The position numbers and the translations under genes were made by a program. Below, in pieces: positions 1 through 52,205 of a DNA stretch of 64,000 nt. Every line of letters starts with the position of its first letter. Position 1 is the stretch's first letter. The DNA is from Chrysomallon squamiferum (Eukaryota > Animalia > Mollusca), in contig CM022667.1 of assembly GCA_012295275.1 (NCBI GenBank), positions 11,842,001 through 11,906,000 on the forward strand, read 5' to 3'. The notes beneath the pieces are model-generated. The model saw only the letters and a program-made list of their open reading frames with translations. It did not search any database and was not told the origin of the DNA.

Positions 1-246
1 TTTATTTATATGTTTAGATGTTTTGTTCATAGAATTGTGTAAAATATAATATTAGTTTGTCTGTTTGTTGAAGATTTTTCTCGATTAGATCATCATTTAT
101 GATCTTTTTTTTGTTTATCATTCTTGATACATTTTTGGATAATAAATCAGGAAAATATGTTATGAGAAATAATAGAACATTTTGTTTTAAACATTCAAAA
201 ATATTTTTTCTCAGTTTCCTATCATTCTATATTTCAAAAATTTTAA

Positions 247-287
<41 letters not shown>

Positions 288-442
288 CTTTATTGTTATT
301 TTTTTTTATTTTTTATTTATCTATTTTTGGCATTCGTTCTTTCTGTTTAACATTTATTATTAGAAATATATTCTCTTTGTTGTTTGTTTTTGGTGCTTGT
401 TGATATGTTTATTAACTACTAATTCAGTATTTAATGTTACAG

Positions 443-38851
<38,409 letters not shown>

Positions 38852-39940
38852 CCAGTCCCATTTTTATAAAACAGTATTTTAATCCGTTCATTGTTGATGC
38901 GACTTTGAATCATAATTTTATCTTTTAACAAACTGTTCTATGCATATTATGTAAAACCGTCCAATAAGTTTATTAGAAGTATTTGTAGTAATATCCTTTT
39001 CAATTTTATTTTTTTTTAAATTATTTATTTATTTTTTAAATGCCTTCAGTTTTATAATTTTTGTTGTAATTTGTGTGTAAATTGATGTGTGTCTTGTTAA
39101 TTGTTTGTGTGTAATGGGAATACATTTTTATGATCTTTAAATTAATCTTGATATTAACATGTTTGTTGATTTTTGTTTTATCTGTGTTTTTCCACTAATT
39201 AATGAACAACAATTGAGTCAGAAATCTTATTTTACATTTTTAGCATTGATAACAAATAAATTTTCATTTGTAACAAACAATCACTAATTCATCATTTTTT
39301 GTCAGATGATCTCAAAATAGGAAATTGTTCATTAATCTTGTTAATTATATTTATTAGTAGTATTTTTTTTTTTTTTTTTTAAGTTATGAAATAAATTAGT
39401 TAATAAAGAACAATAAAAAAAAAAAGAATATACATATATATTTAATTTCTTTCTTTTTAAAAAGTTAATTTTATATGTAACCAGCAAACATTCCAATATA
39501 TTTATCAAATAAAAAATAAAATATGTATGTATACAGTTTAACTGCTGCAATGGTATTTATTTATTAATTTTCCAGATATTTCTATCCTTATTTTACGTTT
39601 TTATTTTTTTATTCTGACCACAAAATAAAAAGGAATGTGCCTTGATGAAATGAAGAATTACTATTAAGTTAATATTATTTTTTATTGAGTTAAGACTGAA
39701 ATAAAAAAATGTTCTACAAATTGTGATCTAGTAAACTGCTGGATACATTAAATGTGATATTTTTACAAACCATTTATTTTTTAGAATTACTGTCTCCAGT
39801 CCCTCAGAACATTTACATTAACACTGAAATCCATTTTTAGTCATTTTATAGAGCAAGGCAGGTATAATAATAATTTTAAAAAAGAAGTAAGAAACCCAAT
39901 TATCAATATATATTTGATTCTACATTTTGATTTTTCTAAG

Positions 39941-39979
<39 letters not shown>

Positions 39980-40104
39980 ATATATTATTTATGTATTTAC
40001 TATTTTTTGTTAATGAATTAACCTCTTCTCTTTTTTTTCTTTATTAAATTAAGTAGTTGTTTGATTATGACTAATATTTTAAAATATATTTTAACATTGA
40101 TTTT

Positions 40105-40140
<36 letters not shown>

Positions 40141-41041
40141 GTTGTTTTCTTTTTCAGATCAAAGGATATATATATATATAAAACATTGATTGTTATTTTG
40201 ACTGTCTTTTCATTGTACTCTGAGTTTTTTTAAATTTTCTACATTTCATTGCTGAATTATTTATGCCTGTGATATAATAATTTTTAATTTTATTTTTTAT
40301 TTAACCACCGTCCATGAAATATTTGTTTAAATATATTTTGAGGTATTAAAATCATTTATTTTCATGTTTTTAAACATGTGTAATTGATCGATTATTTTAG
40401 TTGAAATACTTATTTGAAATCTCATCTATTGATCTTTGATACAAATGTATTGATTTCAGTATTTTTGATACCAAAATGATAAAAAAAGAAGTTATTTATA
40501 CAATTTTATGTATGATTAAAATTTACTATCAGTGTAATATTTTAGTTAATACATTTATTGTTGTGTATGTTTGAATTCCAACTATAAAATAGTTTATATA
40601 ATATAAAAAAAATAATAATAATAAAACAAATAAAAAGTGAACTACAATTCATAAACCATTTTATAGCTTTTGACATGTGAAAGAACCTTACTGTTGTTGA
40701 AGACATTTATCATAATTCAGCAGATCTGAATTAATTATAAATTTAGCATTTCTTAATATATTGACTACATCCAAAGAACATTCTCCTGAATGTATTTATT
40801 TATGTTCTGTTTTTGTATATTTTGATATATTAAACTATTTTACATGGAACATTTTACTAATTTATTTATTTCAATGTTATGTAAATTATACTGCCGAATT
40901 TCTGGGTTTTTTACTTATAAACACTTCAGTTATTCAGGAAAATAGATTTATTATTTGTATTATGTTTAGATTTTGAGTGCCACAATAAACTGTGAGGTTT
41001 TGCAAATACTAAATAAACTGTAAAAAAAAAAACCAAAACTA

Positions 41042-41072
<31 letters not shown>

Positions 41073-42612
41073 TTAATTATTTTTGACAGTTTAACATACA
41101 TACATTTTTTAAAATATTTTTTATTTAAGGCTATTTTATTAACAAAAGGTAAATTTAATTAATAATAATTAAAATAAGTAGATATCAAATAAAGGAAAAC
41201 AAAAAGTAATGACAAAACCTATTTAAATAAATTAATAAAAATAAATACAAGAAGTACGCATTCTCCGAAAAAAAAAAAGTATCATTTTAAAGATATCGCT
41301 GATTATTAAATAAAAAATTTAAATCTTTTAAAGAAAAAAAATCAGTTTATTGTTGGAACAAAGCAAAGCATTAGCAGAAGTTGATGTCAGTTTAACTGGT
41401 TTTTAGTCTGAAACTGCCAGTGCGTTTAGTAGATTATTAATGTTAGTAAATAGCCAATACTTACTGTAGTTCACTAGATGTATTTTAGTCTGTATTGTTC
41501 TGGAGTGATCTTCCAGGTTTTATGTGCCTTTAGTTTTTGCATTCACTGTGATACCTGTTCAGTTCTGGGCTTATACAGTGCTTAATAAATAATTGTATTT
41601 AAAACCTATCGTTGTTGTTTTTTTAGTACATGTAATTGATTCAGCTTGTACGTCAGTTGAGAAGTTGAGCTGCGAGTACCATAGGAGCATTTCCAGTTCT
41701 AAACAGTGCAAATTTTTTTTTCAAAGGCCTAGTGTTAAATTTTTCTAGTCTATTGGTAGTAATTTTATGCTAAGAAGACGCACTTTTCAAATTAAGTACA
41801 AAAGAAAAATATTTTGTTTCATTATACTTTCATTTATTGGTACTTAATTGTTATTTCATTAATTTAAAATAATAAATAAATAACTAAAAAAATAAATAAA
41901 AAATTAAACAAAAGGTATTTAATATTTTCAAACATTTTTGATTACAATAAACGTTATTTCTTTTTAATTTTATTAGCTTGAGAATAGCTGAAAACTGAAC
42001 CAAATGTAAATACCAAAAAGAAAACAATTTTAAAAGATCCTTGTTTTTAACAGTATCTCAAAGGTTTTGGACAAACAACAAAACTGGTTTAATTCACTCA
42101 CATTTATTAACTCTTTATTTTTTAAACATTGAGGAGATTGTCATGTTTGAAGAACACATATTTTAATACCATTATTCAGAACTATTTACACAGACCAGCT
42201 GATACTTTATTCAGTAAACACCAACACAAAACCTGTCTCATCAGTCCATGAAAACAAAATACTGAAACATTTAAAAACCAAAATAATAATACTGGTGAAA
42301 AAAGTATGCAATATCATACACATTGTTTTTTAAGAATTTTTTTTTAATCAGCTGTAGATTACACAGTATTATTATATATGATGACTGTTTATTGTTAAAG
42401 TTTATTTAATAAATAATACTATTTCTATGATTTTTTGTTTAAATTTAAAAAAATATATAAATTAAAGTTTATTTAATAAACAAGGCATTTCGCAAAATAG
42501 TCATCTCATCAACAGTACTGTACTATACTTCCCAATTAATTTTCATGATTATTGCCATTTGAATATAGTTGAAATTTGTGCTTTTACACATCACAAACTG
42601 AATTTAAATCTG

Positions 42613-42651
<39 letters not shown>

Positions 42652-42985
42652 TTGAGAAATGTCCCCACAGTTGTTAGTAAACTGTCTACACTAATTGAAT
42701 AATTAATATATATATATTTTTATACATTTAATTCAGACAAGCAGATCATCATTTGTATTATTTTGGATTTCAGATCTGTCTATTATGCATTCGTGATATT
42801 CATTTTAATAACTGTTCCAGTAAATGCAATACAACCATGAAATTAAATGCTATATAACCATGAAATATTTTTTTTTTAGCAGCAGCAGATAATGTTTGTT
42901 AGTTAAAAATTGCAGCAGTTAATAATTATTTTTGGTTTTCTCTTATGAGGTTGTAGAGTTTTTGGATTTGATTCTATTTATTATT

Positions 42986-43016
<31 letters not shown>

Positions 43017-43040
43017 GGCGGAAGACAGTAGGTTTCTTTT

Positions 43041-45081
43041 CTAGTGTTGTGACCACTTGATAGACTTTATATCTACTCCTTCCTGTACCATTTCCCACAG
43101 TGGACTGAAACAGAAAAATAAATAAAATAACTATCTAACTAACTAACTAACAGAATAAATAAATAAATAAAAACTAATATATTAAAAACAATGGTCTGAC
43201 AGGGAGAAAAATAACAAAATAAATAATGTATATAAATAAAAATTTACAAAAACAAAAAAAATCAAGGAATTTACATTTTTTGAAAACTATATATCTCCCA
43301 TTAAAATTAAATGTAGTATTTTTGAAAACCTGTATGGAAATAATAATCATTCAGAAAAATTAGAAAAAAAAAAAAAAAAAATGATTTAAAAGTTTAAAAT
43401 GCATCTTTAATATATTTATTTCCTCTAAACATATTTTCATTTTCCTGAATGTTTTTTTTTTATTTCCAGTGTGTGAAAAGTATTAATTATTTGTTAACTT
43501 GAATATATACATGACTAACCCAAACTCTTATAACAACATAACTGTTCACTTAATCAAGGAACTTGGAAATATTCAAAAAAAAAAAAAAAAAAAAAAGGCT
43601 TTACAGAAGTTAAAAGCAGAAGATAATTCATGTTTTGAAACGTTGTCATGTCTGTATTTTGTAACCAAATGTAACCAAAGAAAAATGTAACCTCATTTCT
43701 CTGAGTCTGGTTACGTGCTTAATACACTTGTCTGCAGTGTAGTCAATCTCTTCTTCTGTCGTAAATCTTCCAATTCCAAATCTGTTACCAAAAACAGTAA
43801 TTATTTATTACTATTTATTTTTTTTTTTTTTTATTATTATTATTATTATTCTTATTATTATTTATGATTAAATTACTGTTATTATTATTATTGTTGTTTT
43901 TAAAATCAGATTACAAGTAGTTAACCATGTAATTTAGTTAACCATTTAACTTTTTAATAGTAGCAACAATGACAATAACAATAATAAAACACAAAATAAT
44001 TAGTAAAAATATTATTATCATTAATATTTACCTTAAATTTTAAGTTTTCAAAAATCATTATTATTCTACACTAAAAATTCAGCTTTAAAACTAAATTTTA
44101 CTAACAATATTTACCTTTAATTATAATTAGCAAATTATATAGAGAGTAGTAATAGTAGTAATATTAATTAATTTAACCTGATGGAAGAATGAGCGAGATC
44201 TTCATCAGCTCCGATGGCTCTGAGAACATAGGAAGGCTCCAGAGAGGCTGATGTGCAGGCACTGAAAACAAATCATTAAATACTCTGTTATTTAGTATTT
44301 TATGTCTCTGTGTATTTTTTTTTTTTTTTTACCAACAGAAATTACATTCACAAGCAGATTCAAACAGAGGAGCATCTGACATGCATTACACCCAGAATTA
44401 CACCAATCAATGATTGTTTTTTTACAATGAAATCCATTTAGCATCGAACAGTGTTGGTATGTGTACTTCAGTCTTTTAATGAAATGGTATCAACTGTGTG
44501 ATACTGAATTAATGTTATCAAACAGGAAAACCACTTTTGATAGCCTGTGGACCTTTTCACACTGATTTCTTACCCATTTCTTCATTTGGACAAAAATGCA
44601 TATATATATTATACTGGCTTTTTACTTATACCAATCATACAACAACCATGTTGTTCTGGAAAACAAGTCAAGTGTGTCCAGCATGGAGATTTGATCCTGT
44701 AATCATCACCCTTGCATTATGACACAACCAACTCATTACAGATAACACTGTTCACATTGTCTGTACATGTATTAAGTCACTATTCATAATTTTGTTGTTA
44801 ACAATTGGTTTAACTGGATACAGTATTATTGGCACAATGAGACTAATGGATTTTACAGTGTATCATTTCTGTCAGTACTGCTCCATCAATGAGCTGCAGT
44901 TCATTGGTTTTAGAATTTGACAAAACAAAAATAAAGTTTTACCTTCCTGAAGATAAAGCCACATCTTTCAGAGCCATCAGCAAACTCTCACCCTCAACAT
45001 AGGCAAATGAAAGATTTACACAGCCTGAAATGTAGTAGTAGTAATAGTAGTAGTAGTAGTAGTAGTCATAGTAGTAGCAGT

Positions 45082-45115
<34 letters not shown>

Positions 45116-48100
45116 GTAACAATAATAACAACAATAAATGATAATAACAATAATACTGAATGATGGTGATAATAAATAAATAAATAAGAAAAGATTAATG
45201 AAAGACATAAATCTGTTTTCAAATTATGTTTTAATTTAAGAGATCTTCTTCTGCTGTATGCTGTAAGTTTACCAAGGATTCAAAACATTTCTCCTTCGAG
45301 AGTTTGTCTCAGACCAGACTGCTTTTCTCTGTTTCCAATAGGTGGGACAACACAGCAGAAGACATAATTTAAAATATTAACTTTCTAATAAATCACTACA
45401 CACAAAGTTGGCTGAAAATCTGTGCAAACTGTTCTCAAATTGATATCTAACTATAGGAATAAAACAGGTCTTTTTAACATTCAAAACAGAATATTTAAAC
45501 AAAATTAGACTAAACTGAAGACTAACTTCACAACTGTTAGATAATGGATAAATATCTTTTCACACACTGAACAATTAAAGACGAAACTTACCTTCATATG
45601 AGTTTTCCGGATCACCATTACGAATAACCTGAGGACAAGCTTCTGTGACTTTACTTATTAACCTGTTAGCCAAGTATTTTATTCTCTCTGCATCATACTG
45701 AAATAAACAGTTATTTAGAAAATTTAAACTAACCCTTTGAAGCCTGACTACCCCAGTTAAGCAGTGATTTGACAAAAAAGTTAATTTTCAAAAATGTAGT
45801 AAAAATCCACATCATGAAAAAGAATATTAATGTTTTCATCAGCTACTGTAAGTCATTATTTGTATCCATATCAAAGTCATTATTCTACTAATTTTCATCC
45901 AGTGTACTACTATAATAAAAGTATCAACACCTTACAACCTTTTCTTAACTGTAACACATTTTTCATACTGTAACACAGGACCTAACAGATTCATAAATAT
46001 AACAATTATATTTTATTAGAAACTGAGCTGGAATGAAGTCAGTACATAGTAAAAGTTAGAAGACATCTCACATGTGATTAGCTAAAAAAAATCTCCAAGC
46101 TATTAGCACAAACAGTCATAAATACTCTCCATTAAAACAACCATTTCTGACTTTAAAGGCTAATAATGCTGGAAATATAACATTCATGAAATAAATAGTT
46201 TTTAGCCTCAAGTTATTTCTAAATTTAATTTTTATTTTTTAGTTTTTAGTTTTTTTAAACATTTACCTCCATTTCCTCTGATGCGATTCTGCATGCTGCA
46301 CCCAGACCTACAACAAGAGGGGTGGGAACTGTACCGCTTCGCATCCCCCTCTCCTGCCCCCCTCCACTCTGAGGTGCTTCCACCCTCACCCTAGGTCTCC
46401 TCCTCACATACAAGGCTCCTACACCTGAATACGTCAATATCAAAACAAAAATTAAATTTTAATTCCTCTCTTGGTGGTATTGAAATGATAATCTCTAAAA
46501 GTTTTTTTGTATGAATGGTTTTTCGAGCTCTTTATTTTCCTACAGTTGTGACCAATTTACTTTTTGTGAATTATAGATATAAATCATACATCCTTACATT
46601 AACTTTATTCAAAATTAAAACAGATAATGGCAGAAACAAAAACGTTTTTCCTATAAAGTTTATTTTTTAATGTAACATTTTAATAACAAACTAACTGTGT
46701 TTTAACTGTTACCTTTAGGACCGTACAGTTTGTGTCCACTGATGGACATGAGGTCTATGTTCATGGCATTGACATCCAGAGGGATTTTACCAACTGCTTG
46801 AGCAGCATCAGTGTGGAAAAAAACTTTCTTTGCTCTGCACAGCTTGCCTGGAATAACAGTGACCAAATAAACACAAAACAGAATGACAAAAAGAAAGGAA
46901 AAATGAGAAAGAAAAATAAAAGGAAAGAAAAACAAAGATTTAGAAAAAATAAGTAACAAAAAGAATAAGGAAAAAAAAACCCAAAATCTAAGAAAAAAAC
47001 TAAAAAAAAAGTAAATATAGAGGAAAAATTTAGAACAGAAATATATCAGTTATCTTATATATTTATATTTTATTTTTTACGTTTTCGGGAAACTTATCAA
47101 AAAAATAATAAAAAATAAAATACAATGTAAACAAGTTTTCTTTTCTTTAAAAATACAATGTGGACTGTCAATATAATAAAATGTTTTAAAGATCCGAGTT
47201 GAAAAGTTTACCTATTTCTGCAATGGGCTGTTTGACACCAATCTCATTATTAACCGCCATCACTGACATCAGTACTGTCTCTGGACGAATGCTTTCTTTA
47301 AGTACCTGAAAAACAAAACATCATTTCAATGGAAATCTATACATTTGTGTGGACAGTCAGACAAACAGCAAGAAAGAGAGAGCGAGCAAGCAAACAACAA
47401 GGATACGCTAGATGTACAAATCGACATTTCTTATATAAAACATACATATATATGACACATGTACAAATAAACACAATCACCCACACAACAAACACAGCAC
47501 CAAAAACACAATATACACATCTACACACAGACACAAAACACAATCACAAAATACAAACACAAAACATAAACATATCCAGACACACACACACACTCACCCA
47601 CACAATACACATACAGGCAAATCACATAAACACCCAGCTCCCACACAACACAGAACACACACGCACGCACGCACATGCACACACACACACACAAAAACTC
47701 TACCTGTAAGTCAACAATTCCGTTTGTCTGTACAGGCAGATAGGTGACATTAAACCCTTCAGCTTCCAAAGCCCTGCATGAATCTAACACACATTTGTGT
47801 TCCTAAAAGAAAATCCAGACATTACTTCACTTTATACATATCATCAGCAAATCATCCATGTAAGCCAGTAAATTAAAAGACATTTTCTTGTAAACTGCAA
47901 CCAAAAATGACGAATATGCAGGAGCAGGTTAAAATTAAAGATTTATGGATGATTGTCATATTTTTTCAAATTTTGTTTTTGTTTTAACTTTATACAACTA
48001 CCACCACTACTACTACTACTACTACTACAACTCTCACCATTATTTAACTTTAAACAACTACCACTACTAGTACTACTACAACTCTCACAACTACCACTAC

Positions 48101-49377
48101 TTCTACTACTACAACTCACACCATTATTTCTACAACCACCACCACAACTATGACTATTACTACTATCACTATTAATACTACTATTACTACTGCTAATTAT
48201 TATTTTTAATAATATTATTATTATATTTATTATTATATTTATCATCATCATCATCATCATCATTTATATTTATTAGTAGTATTATTGTTATTTAAATTAT
48301 ATATTAAAGATGACTGCAAAGGGAGATAATTGTTCTCACTGTTTGGGTGGTGATAACATGGTTCTTCTTGCTCTTGTAGAAGCGAGCAACACCTTTTACA
48401 GCAATGTTGTTTGATTCAGTGGCTCCACTGGTGAAAATTATCTCTCTAGGGTCTGCATGGATCAGGTCAGCAACCTCCTGAAAAAATGTACAAAGAAAAA
48501 AAGTTAAGAATAAGAATAAGAATAAGAAAATGAAAAATGCACTGTAATACTGACAGCAATAACAGTACATGTGTATATGTGTGTTTTTTATATATATATA
48601 TATATATATAGCATATGTACATACATATACATATATATATATTATACTCACAAACGAACACACTGATACAAAGAATGAAGTATAATAAATAAAAAATTAA
48701 TTTTGTGACAAAGCAAAAAATTAAATATAACAATTTTTTCGCTCTCTTTTTAAATACCTTTCTAGCTTTCTCCATTGCTGCTTCACTTTCCCAGCCATAA
48801 CAGTGAGTTCGAGAGTGAGGGTTGCCATAGAAACTGACCAAATAGGGAAGCATGGCATCAAGAACTCGTGGATCCTGAAACATCAAACCAAGATTTTACT
48901 GTCCATGTTTAATTCTTGTTTCTGAATTTAATGATCTTAGCAGTGCTTAAAACAGAACCGACAAAACAAATCTGACAACAAAATTGCAATGGAACAATAA
49001 TAATAATAAAAAAAAAATTGTACATTTTATTTAATATTTTTATTTATTTATATATTTATTTGCTCATTTGTTTTCAATTATTTATTTTACAACCATGTTT
49101 TGGGTTTTTTTAAAATTTATATGTACTTTATTACTTTTTTTTTTTTTTGAATACTAATATTATTATCATTTTTTTACATTTTCTTATTTTATGTCATATT
49201 TAATTAATGTAAACATAATTATTATCATTATTATAATAAAAATTAAAATAAAAACAAAATAAAAAATACCACAGGTGTTGTAGCTTGAGCATCCAAGTAG
49301 AGTGGTCTCATGTTGGGTGGTGGGATGTTTTTCTGGTTTTCTTTTCCCTGGCCTACGATTGTCATGGCTTAAATTAT

Positions 49378-49415
<38 letters not shown>

Positions 49416-50150
49416 AAACAGCAACATCAATACAATTTATGAATTAAGATTCAGTACTTTAATTGAGTTACATGTTGTTGTTTTTTTTTACCATTAATTA
49501 TGAAGTTTTGGAATCCACACCAGTGATTTCCCAGGTGACCAATAAAGCAAAAACATTTTATACCTATAATCAAAGAGATAATAATTAATCAGATTAAAAG
49601 CTCATGGGTGCTAGGTAACTGCCCAAATGGTCAAATTACTTCATGCATATTCTTCATATTTTTTTTTTTTTTTTCCCAACTTTGGACCTTAACTACATTA
49701 TTAATATTTTACTGGATTCAGATAATCTTTCCATTAAAGAACCATCCATAGGTACATACTTCAAATCAATGAACAGTTTGTATCCATGACAATAAAGTAA
49801 TAGATCTCCAAAATAGGAAAAATATAAATTTTGAATGATCAAAAAAAAAATAAATAAATAAAATAAAATTTTTGAATGTCCCCTGGTGAAAAACTGTCAA
49901 ACTGAATACATTTTTATATATCAAATATGAAATATGTAACACTGCAAATTTCAGCTCAATATCTTTATAATATAGCTTTTAAAAATAAACAAAACATCTT
50001 GATATAATTTCAAAACTAATTATAATTTTGTCCCAACATTTTGCATGCATCCATCATACACGCAGATGCACAAATGAATGCAGTTTTTTCAAAATCGGTT
50101 ACGGTCACCCGGGGAGCTCTGGTTGAGTTTTCACGGAATAATAATAATAA

Positions 50151-50188
<38 letters not shown>

Positions 50189-50625
50189 TAAAAATAATTT
50201 TAAAAAATTTAAATCTATGATTTATACTGCAGGCATATGGGTTTTGCGGTTTGTTTTTTTCTATTTAAAATTTTTTACTGACTTTTTTCAATGATCGTTT
50301 TACTATTACTTATCGATATGAATTGAAAAAAAAAAAAAAAAAACAGTATGCAATGTTTAATAAACATAACATAAACAAAAATTTGTAAATATATATGTAT
50401 ATATATTTTTTATATTTATTTAAATGAATAATTGTGCAAAAACAACTAGCAATCGAGTTCAGGTTAACAACGGGAACATCTGAAACAAGAGTAATATATT
50501 TTTTTACTTTCTGGAAATCCTTCTTGGGAACATGTCACGCTGGTTTGAAGACACCTGACAAGGAATTTTGTTCCGTCGGTGATTATTCGAAACTGAGCCT
50601 GCTTGCAGAACCGTGGAATCATCAT
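43041..50625 (-). CDS. NFS1: Cysteine desulfurase, mitochondrial (13 exons, 460 aa)
   Basis: Exons: 50625-50508, 49367-49270, 48874-48758, 48477-48340, 47802-47704, 47305-47212, 46847-46713, 46424-46267, 45697-45592, 45024-44943, 44261-44178, 43781-43692, 43104-43041. They total 1383 nt with consistent phases. Motifs: [49 protein letters not shown] (PLP lysine), SSGSACTS (catalytic Cys), SPLWEM...IKWSQH*. Exon 1 ([13 protein letters not shown]...[11 protein letters not shown]) reads like a mitochondrial presequence. Confidence 0.97.
49865..50140. mobile_element. Possible relic of a non-autonomous interspersed element in NFS1 intron 1
   Basis: tgcaaatttcagctcaatatct-type core and a GC-rich end (cggtcacccggggagctc) abutting an (AAT)n tract. 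Reminiscent of invertebrate Helentron/SINE-type repeats. No second copy in the window. Confidence 0.2.
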
Positions 50626-50762
50626 AATAAAGTGTTCAAACAACTAACATCAGCCGTAGATGTTATGAACGGTACTAAACTCTAAACATTTATCTGAGAA
50701 TGTACTGCGCACTTAACACCACATTACTAATCCAAGAGTATAGCAATAATAATAATAAAAAA

Positions 50763-50828
<66 letters not shown>

Positions 50829-51135
50829 AAGAAGAAGAAGAAGAATAGTTTTTTTTATTTATATTTATTTAAAAAAAAATAATAATAATAATACGGATAA
50901 ATAACACTCAGTTTTAATCTGAATCACGACTGGTCATTGCAAGTCCATCTGAAAGTCCCTATTCAGTTGTCTGAGTCATCTGTAGTTCTGCACAGCTGGT
51001 TTATCAAAAGCTAAAGTGTGCGTGTCCATGGATTATTTAAAATAGTTTTGTTGGCTGAACAATAAAAAAAAAGCCAATGGACTAACCGTATATTTTTACT
51101 TTCGTATTGCATATTTTATTTAAATAATAATAATC

Positions 51136-51177
<42 letters not shown>

Positions 51178-52051
51178 TAACTATTAATATAAAACCTATT
51201 AAGATGTCATAAAAAAATAATTCCTTCTTGCATGAGCTAACTCGAGATACGTAATTCCGACTTACAACTAAACTTTCTCTTTTCTCGAATAAAGAATTAA
51301 TATAGTCTTCAAGTGTCAGCTCTTGAATATAAATACTTTTGAAAAAGTGGTATAATTAAAAACGTTAAAGGATTGCACAATGATCTATAAATGTGCTGTT
51401 TGTATTATATATGTTTTTGTATACTTCATGTAAGATATTGAACTGTTTGTTGTTAGTTTTTTCATTGACAAACTGACTTTTTGAGTGGCTAATTGATTGT
51501 CCGGTTGATTCGTTTTCTGTTACATAAAATTCATTAATGATAATGGTGTTATTACTGTTTCTAAAGCAGAATACTTAACTTATAGTTTGCGCCTTTTATG
51601 TGTTGGATGGTCCGTTTGGCTGAGTGTACGACTCTATCAATTATCATTAAATTATTGCTACATTATTCAAGGTAAAGATACTTAATTAAATTTATAACAA
51701 ATTAATTTTTATTTTTAAGAACTAACTAGTAACGATCCAGAATTTTAAAATTATAATCACATTTTAGGACAAACAGTCATTTCTAGGCCTATAGTGTAAT
51801 CAAGTTTCTATTAATCTGAATAAATAAAATAACGAACACGACATCTATAAAAATGTGCGTTTTCAAAGTACGGTTATTGTGCGATTGCCAATATCCATTT
51901 ACTAATCATTATCCCTTTCACTTTACATTTAGACTGTGTATTTTATGTACATATTTATTGGGAAATAGAAACTGTAATAGGTTCACATACTGAACCACAT
52001 TTTAAATGAATATATGTTAGTATGATACGTTCTGAAAACATTTAGGAAACT

Positions 52052-52074
52052 ACTTCCGGAAGTTTATTTCCGGT
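52052..52074. promoter_or_regulatory. ETS/GABP site cluster in the NFS1-PDP1 divergent promoter region
   Basis: Palindrome ACTTCCGGAAGT (52052-52063) followed by ATTTCCGGT, about 140 bp upstream of the PDP ATG. Confidence 0.65.
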
Positions 52075-52205
52075 ACTAGCAGACGCATAGGACTTGCTGT
52101 CAATGTCACGATGGACAGCCACTGATTTAAAAAAACAATTTTATCATTTGCAACTAATTGAGGCTTTTGTTCAATAATGTTAAACAAGTAACAGTTGCAG
52201 AACTA

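Noticed and set aside
46370-46380. NFS1 EAPQSGGG, with Pro where human has Leu (EALQSGGG)
   Set aside because: It is a single-base difference in a segment that varies among IscS/NFS1 proteins, and could be a polymorphism or an error.
50434-50685. 83-aa plus-strand ORF
   Set aside because: It is the antisense shadow of NFS1 exon 1 (50625-50508).
52158-52205. TTG-initiated N-terminal extension of PDP1
   Set aside because: This is a eukaryotic gene, and the ATG at 52206 begins a plausible mitochondrial presequence.
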